Source of the DNA: Gnetum montanum
Taxonomy: Eukaryota > Plantae > Gnetophyta
Assembly: GCA_015680685.1 (NCBI GenBank)
Contig: MNCI01002379.1
Span: 442,780 to 506,779 of the forward strand
Direction of reading: 5' to 3'
DNA: 64,000 nucleotides
Part shown: one piece after another, positions 38,330 to 51,329 of the stretch
Layout: each line of letters opens with the position of its first letter
Numbering within the stretch: the stretch's first letter is position 1
The notes under the pieces: generated by a model
Databases searched by the model: none
The model's input: only the letters and a program-made list of their open reading frames with translations
What the model was told of the DNA's origin: nothing
Position numbers and translations under genes: made by a program

Positions 38330-38734
38330 ATCATGGAATTCTTATTTGTCTGCCAGTGCTAATGACACAAACTTCGTTTATAATTAAAGTTTGCAAATTG
38401 TAACTTTAATGTCAGGATTCGATGGCTCGTTGATTCCTCCAAGGATGGAATCTTATATAACTATAATTAACTGGAATAAATCCTCTGTTTATAGCTTTAA
38501 GGGAAATTACAACCATGTGACCCACTATAAGTGGAAGAAGCTTTAAGATCAAGACATCGTTAAGATTCTGGGAATCCCTTTCCGCTTTAGAGGCTCAACA
38601 TCTATCCTTTGGGAGCAAGTTATTCATCGAATTCAAAAGAAACTCGACAAATGGAAAACTAAACCCCTCACACTTGCGGGTAAATACCTTGTTTGTAAGT
38701 CCATATGCGCGTCCACCCATGTGTATTACTCTTC
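38330..38734 (+). mobile_element. L1 LINE RT C-terminal fragment
   Basis: NWNKSSV...KILGIPF...LWEQVIHRIQKKLDKWKTKPLTLAGKYLVCKSICASTHVYYSS, homologous to the L1 peptide at 27290-27450. Confidence 0.75.
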
Positions 38735-38735
38735 N

Positions 38736-39118
38736 CTGTGCTTGTTTCACATCCTGTAATCGGGGATTCCCCAGTGTAATTTCTCATACGAAATATACAT
38801 TTGTAAGTCAAAGCGCAGATCTTGAAGCTGCGAGCTTCTCTTATGTCAACCTCTTTTTATCGTGTTTAGCATTATCGCCGTTGCAATCCAACTACATCGT
38901 TTTCCCCTTGTTTTACCACTCTTCGAAACAGATCGCTTTCTCTCCACGTAATTTTCATCGTTTTTACCGACCCGTAAGTCCCTGTCTGATCGACAAGACC
39001 GTTCAGCGCGCCGCGGATTCATTTTTCCAACATAGCCCTCGTGCGGATCCGTGGCTAAAACTGTGTATGTCGGAATCTCGATCGGTATTTCCAGCTGCCG
39101 ACGTTTTCTGTCGTTACA
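38736..39118 (+). mobile_element. 3' end of an LTR of the same family as solo LTR 13500-14830 (inverted)
   Basis: Reverse-complement match to about 13500-13870. Ends gtcgttaca. Confidence 0.85.
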
Positions 39119-39196
39119 CTTGTAATTGGTGTTTAAAAAGTTGGAAAATATATGGGGAGGTTTTAAAGATCATGACAAATGGGAACAACTCATATT

Positions 39197-39587
39197 CATA
39201 GTTTGAAAAATTTGCATTCATAGCAAGATCTGCCATATATCCCAATGCAAAATTAAAGCCAATTCAAAATACGATAGGATATTTAATCTAATATAGAGTG
39301 TTATATTTTTATTCATTTTTAAAGTTTACCATATTGTTTATTACTAATTTTAATGCTAACCGGAAACTAAAAATTCTATATTTGATTTTCCACTCTTAAC
39401 TGTGCTCTTAGATGAAAAAAAAAAAAAACTGGAAAATGTAGCTAAGAACATAGGTGGATATAGCTGTTTTATTTTACTCATATTGATGATTTTAATCGAT
39501 TCTTACACCAATTTATTCAGATTTTTCAGATCCTATTTATAGAAAAAGCTATCCATTGGCCTATCCAATCTAATTTTTCAACCTATG
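39197..39587. mobile_element. hAT-type MITE (391 bp)
   Basis: TIR catagtttgaaaaat / atttttcaacctatg with exact 8-bp TSD CTCATATT. Confidence 0.9.
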
Positions 39588-39789
39588 CTCATATTTATAA
39601 GTCCAATTTTTCAATCTATGCTCATATTTATAAATCTATGCTCATATTTATAAGTCTAAAAAGTCATACCTAAACCTATGAATTTCTTTCTAAAAAATGA
39701 AGTTTATTATAAAAATCACTCTCACTCATATCGGATTGGTAAAATCTATGGCAAAATTGAAAAACTATGATCGATAAAAAGTAAATTAA

Positions 39790-41030
39790 AAAGGACAAAG
39801 TTTAAAGGTTTAGGTGAAACGGTGAAAGCAATATTAATATTTTTGGCTAAATTATTAGCATAATTAACTTAAATTTTTATGACTACACTTTGTACATCAT
39901 AGTTCACATCATAGAATCATAGATAACAAAATGAGCAATCAACATTCATTGATTACTGATCATGAACAAGTTCACTTTACTGTCTTAGGTTCACTATATT
40001 ACATTATTAATTAACCAATTTCCTTCAATGATCACATCTACGAGTTACGTCATGTTAAATGCATGATGAATTAACGAGGAAGACCCACCGCAATATAAAA
40101 ATCATAGTTTTCTAAATCACCGATTTAATCGTTAGTGGCCGAATTTTGTCGACCCGAGTTTAGTTAGCATGACTTTTAGAAAGAAATCAAAAAATTTAGG
40201 CATTATTTTTAAGACTTTTAAATGTACCTGGTCCAACTTGCCGATTTATACATGCCGATCCTACATTTTTCCCAGCTACTTAGTTTCCAACTATTTAGAC
40301 ACTGATAAAAACAGTGTAGAATTCTTCAAAACGTATTTAGAAAGTTTTGGTTATCCAGAGCGTGCAAACAGTCACCGGTAAGTCAAAGCTATTGTTTGAG
40401 GTAAAGCCAGAGCTTCTAGAGCAAACATTTATGCACGCTTTATTGACCAGAAAACCCATAAAAACGAAATGTGCAGGACAGGCAGAAAGATCCGTCGCAG
40501 ATATTTTGAAATATCACAATTGAAGGGAAGAGTGTGTTTTCATGTGGATAGTTTAAAAGTTGGGCCACTATTTTTTTAACAATGTCTGTCGTAAAGGTTT
40601 CCTGTCAAAAATGACAAATTCGGCTTTCTTGGTCGCATGCAGGTCAACATCATCGGAGGCTGTCAAAGAGTGAACATGGAACGTCGTCAGAAGCTGCATC
40701 ATAACTTCATGGATAGATGAATCTTCCTAGTTCTTTTTGCCAAAAACAAATGAAAAAACATTGAAAGCAAGCGGAAAAACACACAAATTTCGAGTCAGAA
40801 GAAAGAAAACATTTCCTTGACTTGGTGGTTGCCAGCAATTGGTATTATTTTAATATATCTTACTACCTGCTCCCACGCTTTGAATTGCAGTCACTGGACA
40901 ATCTGGGAATTCGTCAAGAGGCATGGGTTGGTACCTTATCTGTTGATTTGAACTCATTCTGTTGGTCAATCAAATAAAGTTGCTGTGAACAGGATAAGAG
41001 TCTTCGTTACGGAAGACATTGCCGGCCAAA
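39790..41030 (+). repeat. Diverged direct duplicate of the gene 2 upstream region (43493-44527)
   Basis: Colinear blocks, e.g. ttaggtgaaac, agagtgtgttttcat, aaacatttccttgactt and gggaattcgtcaagaggca. Confidence 0.8.
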
Positions 41031-41111
41031 GTCCTGTAAATCCAACATCATCATGTAGTTAGTGTATTGGGTATTGGTTATATATTTTATGTGCATTTGA
41101 AAGGTTGTTAG

Positions 41112-41460
41112 TATAGATTGAGAAATCTGAGATTAATTGCAAGATATGCCAAAGATCACAAAGCAATATTGAAGCCTATTCAAAATCGGATAAGATATTT
41201 GATCTAATCTAATGAATAGTGCTATATTTTTATTGATTTTCCAAGTTTAATATATTGTATATTGCTAATTCTTGCCAAAAATTAAAATTTCTATATTTGA
41301 TTTTCTACTCTAACTGAGCTCTTGGCCCAAAAAAAGGATGAAAAATGACATTACAAACATGAGTACATATAAGTGCTCTCTTTTGTAAATATTGACAATT
41401 TTAATCCCAATTTTACAGGGATTTGTTTCAATTTTCCTGATCTGATTTATAAAAAAGATT
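41112..41460. mobile_element. Truncated third copy of the hAT MITE
   Basis: Left terminus tatagattgagaaat. Shared core tctatatttgatttt..actct.aactg.gctctt. Confidence 0.75.
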
Positions 41461-44400
41461 GCAAATGGGAATGCAAATGCAAATTGGAATGCTTTATTAG
41501 TTTGTTTTCACCTTTCATCGGTACAGATGCGTGCCCATGGGCATGTCAAAACAAAGTTTCTATCATTTTATGTTTCAACTCTACTTCTTGGAATATAATA
41601 TATTAAGGGAAGGACGCAGCGTGGCCTTCGTAACTATTCCTTACGTATCCCCCTTCCCTTGGTGGAGGGGACCACCTATTCTGGCTTGCAGACCACGTCA
41701 TCAAATTTCGGTCATGCTAATGCTCTGTACTGGCGACAGGCATTTGGAGTATTTCGTGGAGCGCAGATTACGGTATTTCAGTGCCTGACAACTAAATTAG
41801 AAAGTCCAGTTCATACTAACGCACCTGAATATTATTTAAGTTCTTGACCCTGGAATTGTGCTAGACTTCCTTGCGCCAAAGACAGAAATTACATGCGTTA
41901 AAAATTAAAGTCAAAGTTGCGACTTTGAATTCCACCAAATTATGATTCCCGACACTATGGCTCCTTCATTCCCCTAAAAGTGGAATATGATATCATTATT
42001 GGTCCATGGTACGCTTCAATGTTTTAGACCTCGTTACAAAGTATTTGTTCCGAAATCTAATGTAGACGTCCTTGGAGATCGATGTGATATCAATGATTAA
42101 AAAAAAAATGATCTAAAGATAATGTAAAAGATTCCATAGTTCGTTGGTAAATCGGTCAGGAATGGTGGGACTAAATCAGATAGTTTGTCTTATTGTAATG
42201 AAATGTTGGTTTCAAGTTAATCCTTGTCGAACCGCAAACAGTTAACCAGAGATGATAGGTGGTTGCCTACATACTTAAAAGTGATTTAAGAACAAAATTT
42301 TTATGAGGACAAATGCCGCTTTTTTTAAAAAAGGGAAAATTGCATGCGAATCTATCACCAAATTTGCATAATAATAAAGCGGATGCGCAATTCTGTCAGC
42401 GGCCAAATTTATTTAATAAAAAAGGCAGCAAAGTGCAAACTACGCAGAACATAAGGCTGGGAAAGAAGAATAACATTGTTTCATAAAAAATAGACAGGAA
42501 GAAGATTTTAAACAAGCCATTGGCCTTGATCTAAGCTCAGGATTCTTCGACAATATTCGTTCCAGCACTTTCACGACATGCATCTGCTTGGAAGCCTTTG
42601 ACGGTTTGTTCCATGATAATTATTGAGGAAAAAAGAAAAGGGAATTGACGATTGGACGGATTGTTGAAGATAATCTGTTTACGATGCAATCAAAGTTTTG
42701 AGCTTTGAAAATCAGGAGCGTAAAATGGTTTAGAATTGAGAAAGAGAATATTTATCAGATCGAGTCTCAGTTCAAGATGGTTAATCCTAGATCTTGTTTG
42801 GGCTAACAATTTCCTGTTTCTTAGTTACCAGATACCGTGCCCTGTTTATTCTAAATTTTGGGGTTTGGGTTATGGCACAAGAATTAATCATAATTTGAGC
42901 ATTATTTTACAAAACAACACAATAACCATAAACTTCAAAAGGTTAAATTTTAAGACTTCAATAGTTTCCATTTTTGTCACAGCCAAATTTTGGAACTGCA
43001 AACATTTTAACTTCCCGGACCACGGGGATGTATACATGAAATGGCATTCTGAAACTTCATTTACACCCTTTATAAGTTAATATCTCCAAAGTTTTGGACA
43101 AGTATGAAACAGACCAATGAGATAATTATGTTTGAGTTTGTGGGACAGTGCATAAACACTTAGCATTCTTCTTCCATGACATTTTGATTACAAACCATCC
43201 CTTTATGTTCTCCAAAAGAAGTTAATCTATCTTCTACTTTCTACGCCCGAAAGAAATGAATTTATTACAAATATAACTTCTAATACTGCTGCTCTGCTAG
43301 TCTAAGTGGTTTCGGGCAAAAAGATTTTCCGTAATCAAGTTGTATTTATCTGATGAAACTCTCCCAACCTGTGTCTATTTTCTATTCAGTTTTGACTATT
43401 CTAGAAGCACCCTCGGTTACTATCAAGTTTGTGTGTATTGGGCTTAATCACCTGTTTGTGTGGCCAATGATGACTTTGAAATAGGTAAATCACAAAGGAC
43501 GGAGCTTAAAAGGCTTAGGTGAAACCAATATCAATAATTATCTCTAATTTGTTGGGATAATTGATTTCAGACTTTCATGACTCCAACTTTATACGTCGTG
43601 GCTTATCGATGATTGACGTTGGGAATGTACATTAAAAACAAAAATAAAAAATTGAAGAATCAGCATTCATGTTTTGCAGATGAAGAACGAGTTCACATTG
43701 CTGTCTTGGATTAGCTCTATCAATTAACCAATTTCCTTGCCTGGCGACAAGGTCTTTATAAACGCATGACGAATGTAACAGTAACGAGGAAGAAAGAAAC
43801 CCCAAAATAAAATCAAAGTGAAATTCTTATACAAAGTCAAGGTCATCAAGATATGCATGGGCATAAATACTATAATATCCCTGTTTAGAAAGCTTTGGCC
43901 TGAGAGAGCTAACCTAAAGTGGGAGGTCGACCACAAAAACGAGATGTGCGTGACAAGCACGAAGGTTCGTCACAGATGTTTTGAAGTATCAACATAGAAG
44001 GAGAGTGTGTTTTCATCTTGATGGTTAAAAAGTAGGGCCATTTCTTCATAGTTTATATTTGTTGCTGTTGTCTCCATTCAAAAATGAGAAATTCAGCGAA
44101 GAAACAGATACTGTGACAAACCGAATATCGAACACGATGCTTTCATTCCTATAGCTCAGTCACAATTTTTCAACCAGAACAGTAAGTGCATCATCACATC
44201 CCGAATAGATAAATCATCCTAGTCAGTTTCGATAAAAATAAATAAACAAACCGTGAAAGCAAATGGAAAGAAAGCAGAAATTTCGAATCATAAGAGAACA
44301 AACATTTCCTTGACTTAGCAGTTGCCATTGGCATCTTTTTCCTCGTAGTTTACTCACTTTACTGCGTTAGTTCTTGTGCCTGCTGATGCGCTTCCAATTT

Positions 44401-44832
44401 CACCCAATGGCCAATTGGGGAATTCGTCAAGAGGCAGTTGTTGATTATCTGTCTGTTGAATTGTCCTCTTTCTGGTCCGTCAATCAGATGAAGTTGCCGT
44501 GAACATGCCGAGAAGACCATGTCGGCCTAACTGCTGTTTGGAAGAGACTCCAAAAAACCTAGAAAAACCCACTACATAATCAACTCATCGAAACATGATT
44601 CATCAATTATCAAACGCAACAAACTTATCCCCCTGCGCTCAGTCTCATGCCACAAATCCTGTTTGGTAAAGTCTTTGGCTTACCACCATGTTCGCAGAAA
44701 TCTGCTCCACCTAACACATATTGTTGCTTCTTAAGTTTTCCCATAAATCCTGTTCTGTAAAATTCCCTTGCTGTAGACATATTTACAAAAACCAGTCTCA
44801 GAAATCTTGCTGGGTAGATTCCTCTGCTGTAC

Positions 44833-44981
44833 GTAAGTAAACCGGCTTCAGCTGAAAATTCTTGTTAGGTAGGAGGCTTTCATCTGTTGTTGTTGAAAAA
44901 CAGGATCAAAATGTTGTTAGTTATAGTGTTTTCGTTATCAAAGGTTCTTAGTTCTTACACTGTTTTCCTTGACATATCCAG
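44833..44981 (+). other. Predicted 5' UTR intron of gene 2
   Basis: GTAAGT at 44833 and acceptor tgttttccttgacatatccag at 44981. Splicing would remove the out-of-frame ATG at 44911. Confidence 0.45.
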
Positions 44982-44999
44982 CCTGCCGGGGGAAAATCC

Positions 45000-46444
45000 A
45001 TGGCTCACCATATCTGCAAATCAGGCTCCAAATTCCTGCAGCGAATGGCCACAGCAGGAGCAGCGGAAAAACGATCAAGACATCCAGAAGAGCTGTTTCC
45101 TGTTCTTCTGTTCATGGTGGCCATAACAAGCGGAGTACTCTGGCTTCCGAATCCAGCGTCTGCAGAAGAAACGGCTGTAAACTTCCCAGAATTCAAGGAG
45201 TCCAATGCGAGCCTCTTCAAGTTTCTGCCGACGGATTTCCCCAACAGCGATCAGGATTACGCGCGCATATACTCAGGAGCTCTGCAACTCACACCGGACA
45301 CCAACAACTCGCAGTACCCCAAGACCAACACTTCCGGCAGAATCATGCTAAAGCAGCCCTTCAGATTGTGGCGCCATCACAAGAATTCCACTGAAATCGC
45401 CTCATTCAACTCTTCCTTCACCCTGAGCCTGGATAAACAGGCTGGAGCCGGTGGCGAGGGCGTGGCCTTCGTCGTAAGCAGCTCCATAGCCCTGCCGAAC
45501 CAGAGCCACGGTGAGTACCTTGGCCTCTTCAACAGCTCCATTGACGGCGATTTCCGTAACCAGGTTTTTGCAGTGGAGTTCGACACTCACAAATCCGGAG
45601 ATTTTGACCCCGACAGCAACCATGTCGGAGTGAATTTGAACAGCATCCGTTCTCTGCGAACAGTGCCCTTGAAAAACTTCACCATGCTAAACCACACAGC
45701 CTTTCACGCCACCGTCGTCTACAATGGCTTTTCCCGGCAACTATCCCTGTACGTGAATCTCGGAAATGCCTCGCTTCCCAACAGCCGCCCGGTTCTGTCC
45801 ATGGATCTGGATCTGTCGCTGAATCTGTCAAAGCACGTTTATTTTGGCTTCTCCGGATCCACAGGCCAGGACAACACGGAGCTCAACTGCGTTAAATCGT
45901 GGAGTCTGCTCGTAAACCAGGTCCCCAAAAGCCCGAACCGGGCCCTGATTATTGGGGTCCTTGTGGGCTCGGTTTTGGGTTTGGTGGTCCTGGTTCTGGG
46001 TTCTTGGTTTTTGCTGCGATCGTTGAAGGCCAGAAGGATCCACCAGAAATCGTTGCGAGCTCTGGACCGGATCATGACTAATGTCACTGCAGGGCCGAGG
46101 AAATTCGGCTATCGCGAGCTCAAAAAGGCGACGCATAACTTCGACAGCAAATGTTTGCTGGGCCAGGGCGGATTTGGGTCGGTTTATAAGGGCGTTCTGC
46201 CCAGCAAGATGCTGATCGCTGTGAAGAGGATTTCTGAGAATTCGTTGCAGGGAGAGCAGGAGTTCCTGGCGGAGGTGACGATTATCAGCAGGATCCGCCA
46301 TAAGAACCTGGTTCGCCTGCTTGGATGGTGCTCCCATGAGAGGCTGCTGCTGCTCGTGTACGAGTTCATGCCCAAGGGCAGCCTCGACCAGCACATCTTT
46401 TCCAAAAATGAGGATAATGATCGCGTACTCCACTGGCAATGCAG
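45000..46444 (+). CDS. LecRK: L-type lectin receptor-like kinase gene 2, coding exon 1 (alternative start at 45045)
   Basis: Signal-like LFPVLLFMVAITSGVLWLPNPASA. Lectin motifs AVEFDT, DPDSNHVGVNLN and YFGFSGSTG. TM ALIIGVLVGSVLGLVVLVLGSWFLL. Kinase GQGGFGSVYKG and IAVK. Donor AG|GTATCG at 46444/46445. Confidence 0.95.
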
Positions 46445-48129
46445 GTATCGTTACAGATCTAACTTGGCTTTATCTGACACGGAGAATTTCAGACGTTACA
46501 TCAGTTTGTGTTAATAAATGTTTTGTTTAGGTGATGTTCAGTAGATTTTAGTCCGGCAGAGCAGGAATGTCCCGAGTCCACGTCTCTCTTTTTAGAATCC
46601 AAGGATCGTCGCCCCTTTTTAGAATCCATTGTTTTGAAATCAGAACATGATAGCAGCCATACGCTCTCGGTTCTTGACTCCGTTCTCTTAGAAATTGTTC
46701 TTCTAGAATCTGTAGAAATAGCTGAGCAGCAGGAACCTTTACAAACTCGCAGAGATGTCCCTGAACATCACCATTTCTGTCTGAAAAATCACTTCTAGGC
46801 AGATTTCATTATTCTTTAAGATAAGTTGGAAACGGCAGGAATAACGGTTTTTTTTTCTTTTCCCTGAATTACTGAGGAAAGCCCAGTAAAGGACCAGGTC
46901 CAAATTTTTCAGTGCTGTGGTACAAAGTCTATTCGAGAATTCGTTACAGGTGCAGAATGCGATTGGATGTTACACACTGAATTTGAGGAACGTTATCCAA
47001 GTTAAACGTCAGCCAACATCTGGAAATCTGAAACCCAAGAATTTATTTTATTATTTGAACGAGAAGAACACCATGAGTGCGGACTGCGGGCTTGTTGACA
47101 TTTCGATGATATCTTCATTGCCCATCGGCCAGTCCACAAATGACATCAGAAAGAAACGTGGGAAATTGAACCCATATCTGAAGGCCGAAGGTATGCTTTT
47201 TCTTTTAAATAAACGTCCAGAACCACTGAATCCAAATTTTTTTCCTACCTCCCAGAGAAAAGGACTGGAATTTTTAAAATCAACCCCTTCTTATCTGCTT
47301 TGACTTTTCAAAGGATTTTTGGGAAGCGCTGGGACCTTTCTTTGAAAGGGTTAATAGCAGTTTTATCCTGATTTGATTAGCACAACGGTAATCTTAATTT
47401 TCGTATAAAAGAACCTATGGGTTCAGCTCTAAATTTCCTAGCTCATAAATTTCCTTATTTTTTGTGTTTTCATTGCAGTTCTTTGTTAAGTGGTTGTCTT
47501 AGTATATGACGGGCAACTAACCCAGTACCAGGCAAATTTAGTTTTTGAGTAGAAGAGATGGCAGGGGTTTTAGAGAGCCCCGACGCCTCAAAAAGAAGTC
47601 CATGTTACCCGAGTACAAAAACACTCGAGAAGCTTTCACCTAGGATTTCTTCCGATACCTTGAGCAACATTCTTTTGGAAAATGAGGCCACATCTTAAGG
47701 TCAAGTGGTCAAAATATTAGGTTGGAAAGTTGCAGGTTTGTTTCTTATAATAATGAAGTAGCTTTGCGTAGGACCCTTGATGTCACATGTACCTTGGAAA
47801 AAAGAAAAATCCAACAAATATCATCAATCAACAAACGTGGATGATTTCAAATTATACCGTTACTTGGACACAGCACAAACAAGCGAATCTAGACATAGCA
47901 GATCTGAACGACAACACAAACCCAAGCCCCAACCAATAATACAATTTACTCCGCAGAAAACCAAATTTTCAAAACATGTGAACAAATTCCACATGGGTAC
48001 AACTGCTACCGAGAATTTTTCCAGAAATCGTTCCAAGAAGCGCCTAATCTGTGATTCATGCAGATTCCTGGTTCGTATACGCCATAAACATCCTAACAAA
48101 AATCAACAACAACGCACATGTATCTGCAG
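46445..48129 (+). other. Phase-2 GT-AG intron of gene 2 (1685 bp)
   Basis: Same position and phase as the gene 1 intron (LHWQCR|YNII). CCTAAC near 48091 and TGCAG ending at 48129. Confidence 0.9.
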
Positions 48130-48799
48130 GTACAACATAATCTGCGGCGTAGCGTCGGCCCTGCAATATCTGCACAGCGACAGCGAGAAGCAGGTGATAC
48201 ATAGAGACATAAAACCAAGCAACGTCATGCTGGACGAGAATTTCAAGGCCCGCCTCGGCGACTTCGGCCTGGCACGTTTAGTGGAGGATAACAAAACATC
48301 GTACACAGCGAGCAAACTCGCCGGCACACCAGGCTACATGGCTCCCGAGTTTCTGCACACAGGCCGTGCTACCACCCAATCCGACGTTTTCAGCTTCGGA
48401 GCTCTGGTTCTGGTAGTAGCCTGCGGTCGTCGCCTACTACCAGGTTCTCAAGCATCTAATCTAGTTGATTGGGTATGGCAGCTTCATGCCCAGAAGAGAA
48501 TTCTGGAAGCTGCCGATCCACGCCTGAGCGGAAGCTTCGATGAGCTCGAAATGCAGTGTATTCTGCTTCTGGGTCTGGCTTGCTGCCATCCAAACCCTAA
48601 TGAACGGCCTCCCATGCGCGTGATCGAGCAGATTCTGGCCAAGGACATGGGGCCTCCCGTTGTGGTCGACTGTCAACCTTTCTTCATGTGGCCTCTGCCC
48701 CCCTTCCCTGTGCTTAACGACAGCGGTAACGACTCGCCTTCGCCGGACTCTCAGCTTTCCTCCAACACTGATTCCAGCAGCAGCAATACTCATGAGTAA
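48130..48799 (+). CDS. LecRK: L-type lectin receptor-like kinase gene 2, coding exon 2; spliced protein 704 aa, RD kinase
   Basis: HRDIKPSNVMLD, ARLGDFGLAR, AGTPGYMAPE, SDVFSFG, LVDWVW, LGLACCHPNPNERP. TAA ends at 48799. Confidence 0.95.
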
Positions 48800-50201
48800 G
48801 AACACTTGGTAATATTCTTCACGATTGATGTTTTCAAAACTCCTAGCATGTATTCAGTTTCTGTTTTAATACTCTCTGGTCTATCCCAGAATAATAATAA
48901 TTGTCTGATGTCGTCTTCCTTTCAGGTCTCAACCACTTTGAAATCATCCCCGTTTCAATGCTCTATAGTTTTGGTTTCTGCACATCTCGAATTCGACTCT
49001 GTTTTCGTCTGCTTCTATTCGAACCCCCTTGTGAGATACCGCAAACAATGTTCCAGTTGATGCAATCCAGGATCGGAAAACGTTATATTCTCCGGTTATT
49101 GTGAATTAATCTTTTTCTTGCCATTCCACTGGGCTCTCGGATATTAATCCCTGTTAGTACCGTTTCAGGGATGGCTATTTTATATGCCTTTTTTTTTCTG
49201 TAGAATAGGGTACGTAATGATCTGGTATGCACTGGACTGCCTGTCTGAAATTTGCTCTATGGAACTTGAAATAGTTAGTGGTGGCCTCGTCTGCTGATAT
49301 TGTACAGGAAGACGTGCAAGCAGCTGGGCGTGTAAAGGTGCTTTGCCCACGCTGCTTCGGTTTTAAAAAATCTTTTCTCGTTTCGTCATGATTGTAATAG
49401 TATTCTGTTGCTGCCGCTGTCTATATTTTAATTGGTCATTTTTCTGTGCGTTGTTCCCTCGACTGCTGTGTGTAGTCAATACCCCGTAATATGTATAATT
49501 TCGATACGCGACGAATAGAACGGGTGAGTAAGCTTTCCTGGATAGAGTAGTCGCATAACAAAGGAAAAACCTTCCATAATCCATTATACTTTTCAATTCC
49601 AACGAGCTCCGAATAAATACAACTCTATAGGCAGGTCTGCTTCGCTTAACTTGGAATTCAGATATAGCTATGTTTTGCTTAATGGTGCATTAGATGTCCT
49701 TAATTTGTTTCATTTCTTAGGAAATTTAAAGACATTTTAAAATTATTCAGCCGTTAGTTTCAAGTCTCTTGGTTGCTTTACTCTTTCATTGTGCTTAAGG
49801 TTATTTAGCATAACTAATTTCTCTTGAATTATTTCTCTTATTGAAGATTCTAAATTAGTCTTAAGTTTTTTCACGGTAGTTAAAATTTTTGCTCCTATAC
49901 ATGCAAAAATTTCATTGGTCCTCAAAATACAAATTTACAAGTTAATAAGCAAAAATTTGGAATGTTTTGTGTTTGTTGTATTATTGCAAACAAGATGCAT
50001 AATACATGATATTTATAAGTACATCATGATGATGTTTATAAGTGATTGGTCATGTATCTTAAATGATGATTGGTGAGGGCAACAGCTCCTATCTGGCACA
50101 TGGGGCCTTGACCACTCTATTTGGTTAGCATGGATGTCAACCACTCTATTTGGTTACTGTGGATGTTAGTTTGTCAAGGTGAATTCTTTTTTTTTAAAAA
50201 A

Positions 50202-50305
50202 AAGTATTAGCTTAGTGGTAAGACTCTTGATTGGAAAATTCCAAGTACTAGGCAAAGCTCAATTATAAAGTTCTAATTGGACTGTATATCTTGGGGTGTA
50301 TCTAC
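50202..50305 (+). mobile_element. tRNA-derived SINE copy (internally deleted)
   Basis: tagcttagtggtaagactcttgattggaaa.tccaag matches the copy at 37431. Confidence 0.65.
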
Positions 50306-50369
50306 ATTATAATTATTTAAGACATAGTATCTTATGTAGTTAAATTGTTTAGCACCTTTTATGCAATGT

Positions 50370-51128
50370 GTTATCTACTTCATTAATTTGGTAGAGAGAT
50401 CAATATAAGCAAGTAATAATGATGGGTTAATTAAAAGATATAATTTATAGTCTACACTGTAAGCCTCCATAGTTGCCATTGTATGTTATCATTGATTTTG
50501 ACTCTTACATTGGAATACTGTATGGTCATGAACATCCTCAATAAGTACCCATTCCACCAATCATATGTGGAGGATCTTGCCAACTACCATTGAGACTAGC
50601 ATGGGCTTTAACTATACATAAGTCATAGGGATTGACCTTGAAAGCATGTGTAGATGCTAGTAGTAAAGAAACAACAAGTCTTACTTTTGTGGCATTATCT
50701 CAAGTAAAGAGTATTGACAGTTTGAAGATATTCTCTCCAAAAGAAAGACACATCAAGATATCCAAGGCTTCTCAACTTCAAAGTAGATTGGATGAAGAGT
50801 AGTGCATTAAATCTAACGAAGAATGATTTTACAATTTTTTTGATGCTTTATTTTTACTATTGTGGATGTCAGAACATTTGCTATTATGCATTTTTTCAAT
50901 TATGCAAGTTTGAACATTGATCATTCCTGGTGTATTGTAACATGTTCTTAATCATTGAATAATGGATTCTATGGTCTTACAAGTTACTCTATTTTTGATT
51001 TACACTTTCATGAATTATTTATAACATTAGAAAAATAATCTATAGCTTAACAATTGCCTTCCAAAAATTGGATTCAAATGATGTATAACTGTAAATAGAA
51101 TCTTTTTAATTTTTTATGTTTAAATGAT
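50370..51128 (+). repeat. Duplicate of the 3' end of the PIF1 helicase element (54060-54823)
   Basis: QLPLRLAWALTIHKS*GLTL..TFVALSQVKSIDSL plus a near-identical downstream sequence. Confidence 0.85.
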
Positions 51129-51140
51129 CAATATTTTTTG

Positions 51141-51300
51141 TAATGATGAGTTTAAGAAATTGTTTTTGCATCATTTATTGTATGTTCTCATTCTCGGTTG
51201 AAATTGTTCTTTTTGTATGCTTTGATAGGCATTGCAAATTCAATTGAGAGTAAGAACATACAATAAATGATGCAAATATTTTTTTTTCTTGAACATATTA
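51141..51300. repeat. Long inverted repeat / hairpin
   Basis: Perfect 24-bp arms at 51165-51188 and 51253-51276, extendable inward and outward with G-U pairs. Confidence 0.85.
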
Positions 51301-51329
51301 GTAATTTTCAAGTAATTTTTATGCATTGC

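Noticed and set aside
47777-48129. 118-codon open frame upstream of gene 2 exon 2
   Set aside because: It is intronic, starts at TTG and has low-complexity A/C-rich sequence. The splice solution already gives a complete kinase.
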